From Haplodiscus bocki (lineage: Eukaryota), in NCBI GenBank assembly GCA_965655095.1, contig OZ296648.1:148490001-148554000 (forward strand): DNA of 64,000 bases, in the 5' to 3' direction. The notes under the pieces are model-generated. The model had not been told where the DNA came from. It did no database searches and saw only the letters and a list, made by a program, of their open reading frames with translations. Made by a program: the position numbers and the translations under genes. Position 1 is the first letter of the stretch; every line of letters begins with the position of its first letter. Below, one piece after another: positions 54,263 to 64,000 of this stretch.

Positions 54263-57200
54263 AGCCTGCAATGCTCTCAGACCTATCACAAAATAGTAAT
54301 ATTGCGATAGTTAGTTTGCCGATGTCCCAGGAGAAAAAATACTTGCAACTTGTGTCTTACAAGTTGCAACGTTTTGAAAAAAAGATCCAGCTGATTCCGT
54401 TGCGAAAGTGGCGTTTTTCCTGCGGTTAAAATGAATAACGGCACATGATCAGATGGTTGGCCACTAATTTTGAAGTCATTTTCATTTTGGAGCCTCCGTT
54501 GTCTGCGTTTGTTGCTGGTCCCGAAAGCCATGGGATGCAATTGAAAAACGGTTACTTTCGATGGTTTTTGGGAGCCAATATTCACTTAAAATTCGTCCAA
54601 ATGTCCTGCAAATTGGCCTAACTGTCACAATATACGGAACGAAGCTGTAATTTGGGACATTTGGATAGCGTATGATGTCCAAAGGTGTTCCGATGGATGT
54701 TTTTAAATTTCTGATATTTCACCCAATTTGCAGCTATCTAAAAGTCTGGATTTTTAGTCCATTTCCTACATTTCTAATGCGAATGGGCAACTAATTGGCC
54801 TTGTAGCTGAAAATGCAGCCCTAACTTTGAATTTGAACTTAAAATTGCAAATTTCGGGTCACGAAATGTTTCGGATCTGATATTCTATACTGACCTGATA
54901 AGCCCCAAAAATAGGCTGATTTACGGGTTCTGGGTTATTACAATCTGCACATTAATCTGATTCAGTTAAAACGTTTAAGGAACTACCTGGCCTTTCTTGA
55001 CGTTGATTCGATTGTAACCGCTGGTTTGATTCTTAGCAATAGATTCAAAATTTTTTACCAGTTCTTGGTTCGTCCTGTTTTCCACCAGTAAAATAGTTTC
55101 CTCTACTTTGGAAAAACCGTATTAACCATTTCATTTGAAATAGCCCCAATTGATTGCTATTTCTAATTTTGAGACATTCATTCTCCTAATCTTTTCCGAA
55201 TTGAACAATCTGGGCCAAACTAGTCCCAATTAGGAATAGATTCTGTCTCAAACGCCTGACTATGAAGGTTTGAATGAGTAAAGTCTCGAGTTTTACTTCA
55301 AGTGCTCACTGGCGTTTATCAAATTCCGTCCAAACAACCATTAGAACACCTAGTTCACTTAAACCAAAAAACATGTCTTGAATTTCTTAAGTTGAACTCC
55401 GTGAGTAAAGGGTGTGATTAGGGCGTTTATGAACGCCAGTCACATAAAAGAACTACGTTTGAAAACTGGTGGCCTCCATTCATCCTCATGAAAAATTTAA
55501 ATTGATGAGATAAAGTTAAAAAAATTGGTTTCATTTCCAATTTGAAAAATATCGAATTTTTGGAAAGCTTTTCCATCAAGCTCAAGAGGGTTATATTGCA
55601 CCAAATCGGATAAGTTCAACCTGGAGAACCCTAATTATAGGAAATAAAACCACGTGACACTTATGAGGATTAAAGCAACAGCAAGTCAAGCCAAGCGCCA
55701 CAAAACAACAAATTTGACTCCAAAGCTGTGAAATCGTCAAGTTTTGTCGAGTTAAAATAGAAAACAAAGTCAAAACTGTCCAACAAATGAATTATGGATA
55801 ACTTCTGTCATCCGATGGACTACAAATTTTACCGAACCAACGACTGAATTAGAAACAAGCGCTCTAGAAAGGAAATATTGTAGGAAGAAGAGAATTCGGC
55901 TAGTTTTCTGGCTAAATAACGATTGCTCGCTTTTTCATGACAGTCTCGATGAAAGGTTAAATATCTCCAGCGAAGCATTACAAGATAAACGGCATGTTTA
56001 GAAAATCAACATCAGTTATGTGCCCCTAAACGAATAAAAAACTTTCAAACTGATAATATGTTGACGTTTTGGCTGCGAATGAGGCCGCAGGACGCTGAAA
56101 ACATTTTTTGGTTCCAATTCGCCTGAAACTTGGTATGTAAAGTCCTTGGTTGAATTTAGGAGGAGACATTAAAAAACTAGCGTGCTAGCATCATTTGATC
56201 TTGAGAAAGAACACTTTAAGTTTCAGATAAGATACAAAAATAAATTTCAAAAAATTATCTAGTTTCAGGGGGCAAAAAGTGCCATATGGCAGCGCTTTTA
56301 ACTCGTCACCTGTTGGTGCTTCAATAAGACATGTTTATGGCTAAAGTTATTCTGTCAGATTTAAACACTAGATCTGGCAACTTTCCATGTTTTAGTCTCT
56401 TCCAAGCCTGCAATGCTCTCAGACCTATCACAAACTAGTAGTATTGCGATAGTTAGTTTGCCGATGTCCCAAGAGAAATCATACTCGCAACTTGTGTCTT
56501 ACAAGTTGCAACGTTTTGAAAAAAAGATCCAGCTGATTCCGTTGCGAAAGTGGCGTTTTTCGTCCGGTTAAAATGGAAAACGGCAGATGATCAGATGGTT
56601 GGCCACTAATTTTGAAGTCATTTTCATTTTGGAGCGTCCGTTGTCTGCGTTTGTTGCTGGTCCCGAAAACCATGGGACACAATTGAAAAATGGTTACTTT
56701 CGATGGTTTTTTGGGAACCAATCTTCACTTAATATTCGTCCAAATGTCCTGCAATTTGGCCTAACTGTCACAATATACGGAGCGAAGCTGTAATTTGGGA
56801 CATTTGGATACCGTATGATGTCCAAAGGTGTTCCGCTGGATGTTTTTATATTTCTGAAGTTTCACCCAATTTGCAGCTATCTAAAAGTCTGGATTTTTAC
56901 TCCATTTCTTACATTTCTAATGCGATTGGGCAACTAATTAGCTTTGTAGCTGAAAATGCAGCCCCAAATTTGAATTTGAACTTAAAATTGCAAATTTCTG
57001 GTCACGAAATGTTTCGGATCTGATATTCTACACTGACCTGATAAGCCCCAAAAATAGGCTGATTTACAGGTTCTGGGTTATTACAATCTGCACATTAATC
57101 TGATTCAGCTAAAACGTTTAAGGAACTACCTGGCCTTTTTTGACGTTGATTCGATTGTAACCGCTGGTTTGATTCTTAGCAATAGATTCAAAATTTTTAC

Positions 57201-60200
57201 CAGTTCTTGGTTCGTCCTGTGTTCCACCATTAAAATAGTTTCCTCTACTTTGGAAAAACCGTATAAACTATTTGATTTGAAATAGCTCCAATTGATTGCT
57301 ATTTCTAATTTTGAGATATTCATTCTCCTAATCTTTTCCGAATTGAACAATCTGGGCCAAACTAGTCCCAATTAGGAATAGATTCTGTCTCAAACGCCTG
57401 ACTATGAAGGTTTGAATGAGTAAAGTTTCGAGTTTTACTTCAAGTGCTCACTGGCGTTTATCAAATTCCGTCCAAACAACCATTAGAACACCTAGTTCAC
57501 TTAAACCAAAAACATGTCTTGAATTTCTTAAGTTGAACTCCGTGAGTAAAGGGTGTGATTAGGGCGTTTATGAACGCCAGCCACATAAAAGAACTACGTT
57601 TGAAAACTGGCGGCCTCCGTTCATCCTCATGAAATATTTAAATTGATGAGATAAAGTTAAAAAATTTGGTTTTATTTCCAATTTGAAAAATATCGAATTT
57701 TTGGAAAGGTTTTCCATCATGCTCAAGAGGGTTATATTGCACCAAATTGGATAAGTTCAACCTGAAGAACCCTAATTATAGGAAATAAAACCACGTGACA
57801 CTTATGACGATTAAAGCAACAGCAAGTCAAGCCAAGCGCCACAGAACAACAAATTTGACTCCAAAGCTGTGAAATCTTCAAGTTTTTGTCGAGTTAAAAT
57901 AGAAAGCAAAGTCAAAACTGTCCAACAAATGAATTATGGATAACTTCTGTCATCCGATGGACTGAAACTTTTACCGAACCAACGACTGAGTTGGAAACAA
58001 GCGCTCCAGAAAGAAATATTGTAGGAAGAAGAGAATTCGGCTAGTTTTCTGGCTAAATAACGATTGCTCGCTTTTTCATGACAGTCTCGATGAAAAGTTA
58101 AATATCTCCAGCGAAGCATTACAAGACAAACGGCATGTTTAGAAAATCAACATCAATTATGTGCCCCTAAACGAACAAAAAACTTTCAAACTGATAATAT
58201 GTTGACGTTTTGGCTGCGAATGAGGCCGCAGGACGCTGAAAAACATTTTTTGCTTCCAATTGGCCTGAAACTTGGTATGTAAAGTCCTTGGTTGATTTTA
58301 GGAGGAGACATTAAAAAACTAGCGTGCTAGCATCATTTGATCTTGAGAAAGAACACTTTAAGTTTCAGATAAGAAACAAAAATAAATTTCAAAAAATTAT
58401 CTGGTTTCAGGGGGCAAAAAGTGCCATATGGCAGCGCTTTTAACTCGTCACCTGTTGGTGCTTCAATAAGACATGTTTATGGCTAAAGTTATTCTGTCAG
58501 ATTTAAACACTAGATCTGGCAACTTTCCATGTTTTAGTCTCTTCCAAGCCTGCAATGCTCTCAGACCTATCACAAACTAGTAGTATTGCGATAGTTAGTT
58601 TGCCGATGTCCCAAGAGAAATCATACTCGCAACTTGTGTCTTAGAAGTTGCAACGTTTTGAAAAAAAGATCCAGCTGATTCGGTTGCGAAAGTGGCGTTT
58701 TTCCTCCGGTTAAAATGGAAAACGGCAGATGATCAGATGATTGGCCACTAATTTTGAAGTCATTTTCATTTTGGAGCGTCCGTTGTCTGCGTTTGTTGCT
58801 GGTCCCGAAAGCCATGGGATACAATTGAAAAACGAATACTTTCGATGGTTTTTGGGAACCAATCTTCACTTAATATTCGTCCAAATGTCCTGCAATTTGG
58901 CCTAACTGTCACAATATACGGAGCGAAGCTGTAATTTGGGACATTTGGATAGCGTATGATGTCCAAAGGTGTTCCGCTGGATGTTTTTAAATTTCTGAAG
59001 TTTCACCCAATTTGCAGCTATCTAAAAGTCTGGATTTTTAGTCCATTTCCTACATTTCTAATGCGAATGGGCAACTAATTAGCTTTGTAGCTGAAAATGC
59101 AGCCCTAAATTTGAATTTGAACTTAAAATTGCAAATTTCGCGTCACGAAATGTTTCGGATCTGATATTCTATACTGACCTGATAGGCCCCAAAAATAGGC
59201 TGATTTACAGGTTCTGGGTTTTTACAATCTGCACATTAATCTGACTCAGCTAAAACGTTTAAGGAACTACCTGGCCTTTTTTGACGTTGATTCGATTGTA
59301 ACCGCTGGTTTGATTCTTAGCAATAGATTCAAAATTTTTACCAGTTCTTGGTTCGTCCTGTTTTCCACCATTAAAATAGTTTCCTCTACTTTGGAAAAAC
59401 CGTATAAACTATTTGATTTGAAATAGCTCCAATTGATTGCTATTTCTAATTTTGAGATATTCATTCTCCTAATCTTTTCCGAATTGAACAATCTGGGCCA
59501 AACTAGTCCCAATTAGGAATAGATTCTGTCTCAAACGCCTGACTATGAAGGTTTGAATGAGTAAAGTCTCGAGTTTTACTTCAAGTGCTCACTGGCGTTT
59601 ATCAAATTCCGTCCAAACAACCATTAGAACACCTAGTTCACTTAAACCAAAAACATGTCTTGAATTTCTTAAGTTGAACTCCGTGAGTAAAGGGTGTGAT
59701 TAGGGCGTTTATGAACGCCAGCCACATAAAAGAACTACGTTTGAAAACTGGTGGCCTCCATTCATCCTAATGAAAAATTTAAATTGATGAGATAAAGTTA
59801 AAAAAATTGGTTTTATTTCCAATTTGAAAAATATCGAATTTTTGGAAAGGTTTTCCATCATGCTCAAGAGGGTTATACTGCACCAAATTGGATAAGTTCA
59901 ACCTGAAGAACCCTAATTATAGGAAAAAAAACCACGTGACACTTATGAGGATTAAAGCAACAGCAAGTCAAGCCAAGCGCCACAAAACAACAAATTTGAC
60001 TCCAAAGCTGTGAAATCTTCAAGTTTTTGTCGAGTTAAAATAGAAAGCAAAGTCAAAACTGTCCAACAATTGAAATATGGATAACTTCTGTCATCCGATG
60101 GACTGAAACTTTTACCGAACCAACGACTGAGTTAGAAACAAGCGCTCTAGAAAGGAAATATTGTAGGAATAAGAGAATTCGGCTAGTTTTCTGGCTAAAA

Positions 60201-62832
60201 AACGATTGCTCGGTTTTTCATGACAGTCTCGATGAAAAGTTAAATATCTCCAGCGAAGCATTACATGACAAACGGCATGTTTAGAAAATCAACATCAGTT
60301 ATGTGCCCCTAAACGAATAAAAAACTTTCAAACTGATAATATGTTGACGTTTTGGCTGCGAATGAGGCCGCAGGACGCTGAAAAACATTTTTTGCTTCCA
60401 ATTCGCCTGAAACTTGGTATGTAAAGTCCTTGGTTGAATTTAGGAGGAGACATTAAAAAACTAGCGTGCTAGCATCATTTGATCTTGAGAAAGAACACTT
60501 TAAGTTTCAGATAAGATACAAAAATAAATTTCAAAAAATTATCTAATTTCAGGGGGCAAAAAGTGCCATATGGCAGCGCTTTTAACTCGTCACCTGTTGG
60601 TGCTTCAATAAGACATGTTTATGGCTAAAGTTATTCTGTCAGATTTAAACACTAGATCTGGCAACTTTCCATGTTTTAGTCTCTTCCAAGCCTGCAATGC
60701 TCTCAGACCTATCACAAACTAGTAGTATTGCGATAGTTAGTTTGCCGATGTCCCAAGAGAAATCATACTCGCAAAATGTGTCTTAGAAGTTGCAACGTTT
60801 TGAAAAAAAGATCCAGCTGATTCCGTTGCGAAAGTGGCGTTTTTCCTCCGGTTAAAACGGAAAACGGCAGATGATCAGATGGTTGGCCACTAATTTTGAA
60901 GTCATTTTCATTTTGGAGCCTCCGTTGTCTGCGTTTGTTGCTGGTCCCAAAAGCCATGGGATACAATTGAAAAACGAATACTTTCGATGGTTTTTGGGAA
61001 CCAATCTTCACTTAATATTCGTCCAAAAGTCCTGCAAATTGGCCTAACTGTCACAATATACGGAGCGAAGCTGTAATTTGGGACATTTGGATAGCGTATG
61101 ATGTCCAAAGGTGTTCCGCTGGATGTTTTTAAATTTCTGAAGTTTCACCCAATTTGCAGCTATCTAAAAGTTTGGATTTGTAGTCCATTTCCTACATTTC
61201 TAATGCGAATGGGCAACTAATTAGCCTTGTAGCTGAAAATGCAGCCCTAAATTTGAATTTGAACTTAAAATTGCAAATTTCGGGTCACGAAATGTTTCGG
61301 ATCTGATATTCTATACTGACCTGATAAGCCCCAAAAATAGGCTGATTTACAGGTTCTGGGTTATTACAATCTGCACATTATTCTGATTCAGTTAAATCGT
61401 TTAAGGAACTACCTGGCCTTTTTTGACGTTGATTCGATTGTAACCGCTGGTTTGATTCTTAGCAATAGATTCAAAATTTTTACCAGTTCTTGGTTCGTCC
61501 TGTTTTCCACCATTAAATTAGTTTCCTCTACTTTGGAAAAACCGTATAAACTATTTGATTTGAAATAGCTCCAATTGATTGCTATTTCTAATTTTGAGAT
61601 ATTCATTCTCCTAATCTTTTCCGAATTGAACAATCTGGGCCAAACTAGTCCCAATTAGGAATAGATTCTGTCTCAAACGCCTGACTATGAAGGTTTGAAT
61701 GAGTAAAGTCTCGAGTTTCACTTCAAGTGCTCACTGGCGTTTATCAAATTCCGTCCAAACAACCATTAGAACACCTAGTTCACTTAAACCAAAAACATGT
61801 CTTGAATTTCTTAAGTTGAACTCCGTGAGTAAAGGGTGTGATTAGGGCGTTTATGAACGCCAGCCACATAAAAGAACTACGTTTGAAAACTGGCGGCCTC
61901 CATTCATCCTCATGAAAAATTTAAATTGATGAGATAAAGTTAAAAAAGTTGGTTTTATTTCCAATTTGAAAAATATCGAATTTTTGGAAAGGTTTTCCAT
62001 CATGCTCAAGAGGGTTATATTGCACCAAATTGAATAAGTTCAACCTGAAGAACCCTAATTATGTGAAATAAAACCACGTGACGCTTATGAGGATTAAAGC
62101 AACAGCAAGTCAAGCCAAGGGCCACAAAACAACAAATTTGACTCCAAAGCTGTGAAATCTTCAAGTTTTTGTCGAGTTAAAATAGAAAGCAAAGTCAAAA
62201 CTGTCCAACAATTGAAATATGGATAACTTCTGTCATCCGATGGACTGAAACTTTTACCGAACCAACGACTGAGTTAGAAACAAGCGCTCTAGAAAGGAAA
62301 TATTGTAGGAATAAGAGAATTCGGCTAGCTTTCTGGCTAAATAACGATTGCTCGCTTTTTCATGACAGTCTCGATGAAAGGTTAAACATCTCCAGCGAAG
62401 CATTACAAGATAAACGGCATGTTTAGAAAATCAACATCAGTTATGTGCCCCTAAACGAATAAAAAACTTTCAAACTGATAATATGTTGACGTTTTGGCTG
62501 CGAGTGAGGCCGCAGGACGCTGAAAAACATTTTTTGGTTCCAATTCGCCTGAAACTTGGTATGTAAAGTCCTTGGTTGAATTTAGGAGGAGACATTAAAA
62601 AACTAGCGTGCTAGCATCATTTGATCTTGAGAAAGAACACTTTAAGTTTCAGATAAGAAACAAAAATAAATTTCAAAAAATTATCTAGTTTCAGGGGGCA
62701 AAAAGTGCCATATGGCAGCGCTTTTAACTCGTCACCTATTGGTGCTTCAATAAGACATGTTTATGGCTAAAGTTATTCTGTCAGATTTAAACACTAGATA
62801 TGGCAACTTTCCATGTTTTAGTCTCTTCCAAG
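54263..62832. repeat. Macro-tandem array: four copies of a 2142 bp non-coding unit
   Basis: AGCCTGCAATGCTCTCAGACC recurs at 54263, 56405, 58547 and 60689; the array ends at 62832; copies differ by scattered substitutions and 1 bp indels. Confidence 0.97.
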
Positions 62833-64000
62833 TCTGTGGTTCCATCATCGATGTTCCAATGGACCCAAATATTTAAGTTCAACTTATGATTGTGAATTTT
62901 TCTATCCAGAAAACGCTCCAGGACAGATTTTGTTCGGTTGTTTCTGCGCACTTATGAGTCGCTGGAGGCCGTTATTGAGCAAAGTTACATAATTCGACAC
63001 TCTTATGGTTTGTAGGATCCAGAAAAAATCGAGAAGTTTCAGTGCGATGTCGCGTACTTGATCCCAAATTCAACTTACCAAAACATTGATATAAACTGGT
63101 AGCTTTAACTTTTCCAATGTTGGCAAAAATTTAGGAAATTTTTTGTCGGTGCTGAGCACGGGCGTTGCAGTGTGGTTTTTGGCCGGGTTTACAGCACGAC
63201 ACTGTGTTTTTCCGAAAATTGCAGTCTGATGTTTTCTTTTCTCTTCTGCAATGTTTTTTCGACGTTTTTTTGTTGTTTCTTCTGTCTTTCCTCTCTTTTT
63301 GTGTTTCGCTGTTGCGAGCAATTTAAGAAACAGAGCAAGTACAGTTTGTGAGCGGGATGTTCACTTTTTTTGATAACTGGACTCCTAATGATCTTTCTTA
63401 GGTTGCTGGTACCGTACTGGATAGATATTTATGATATAAAAAAATTTCTGCAGACTTCCGAAAGATTTTTGCTACAATATTGGGATTTCGGGGACTCAAT
63501 GAAGTGTCGCTTATTCGGATGCTCTTGGACTATGTTCAAAAACGTTTCTCATGGATTAGGAGGCGTTTTAACGGAAGTTCTTACTGAGCCAGGGGTAGTT
63601 CAAATAAAACGATGACGGGTAAAGCTGAATAAGGAGTATCTGGTTATTTTGCTGGTTTGTTCGGGCCGTACTAACTACAAAAACTGTTACAACTTGATAT
63701 ACTGTGCTGGAATGAAACAAAAAGCTCGGGCTACGCTTGGAATGAATAATCACGAAAAATAATTATAAAATACGAGGCCAATTTTCTTGGAAACTTCATG
63801 CTGGAAGCTGAAATGACTGAGTGCAATAATCTGATGGTTGGTAAGATTTTGTTTCAAGGCTGAAGAACGATTCTCCTGAGGAATAGTTTTTGACATTTTG
63901 CCCATATTACAAACAAGACGAGTTTAAAGTGTAGGTACTTTCGGTCTCTTCATGTCAACATCTTCTTTCATGCTGGCTCTGACTCATTTGAAAACAAAAA

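Noticed and set aside
54286-61654. Recurrent short ORFs in the 2142 bp units
   Set aside because: Mostly non-ATG starts, frames differ between copies, and recurrence simply reflects the duplication.

Overview
AT-rich metazoan genomic DNA with spliceosomal introns. A + strand host gene encoding an R3H-domain RNA-binding protein (encore/ARPP-21/R3HDM-like, 5' end outside the window) can be traced through 12 phase-consistent GT-AG exons from 871 to 41920. Its ~30.6 kb intron (8237-38818) holds an apparently intact, young 17.6 kb Polinton/Maverick (adintovirus-like) endogenous virus at 17795-35423. This element has AGTAGT termini, ~158 bp TIRs and a GCTATA target-site duplication. It encodes pPolB, an rve integrase, a packaging ATPase, an adenain-like protease, major and minor capsid proteins and several small accessory genes. 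It appears to have inserted into the pPolB of an older, decayed Polinton (about 11.8-17.8 kb plus 35.4-37.4 kb). Notable details are tRNA-type Pol III A/B boxes in both TIRs, a candidate pseudoknotted RNA near the left end, a 1.75 kb A-tract minisatellite, and PC4-like and PLA2-like accessory genes. Downstream lie dispersed non-autonomous repeats, decayed Ty3/Gypsy-like fragments and four tandem copies of a 2142 bp non-coding unit. All homology calls come from motif recognition by eye; no database search was run.
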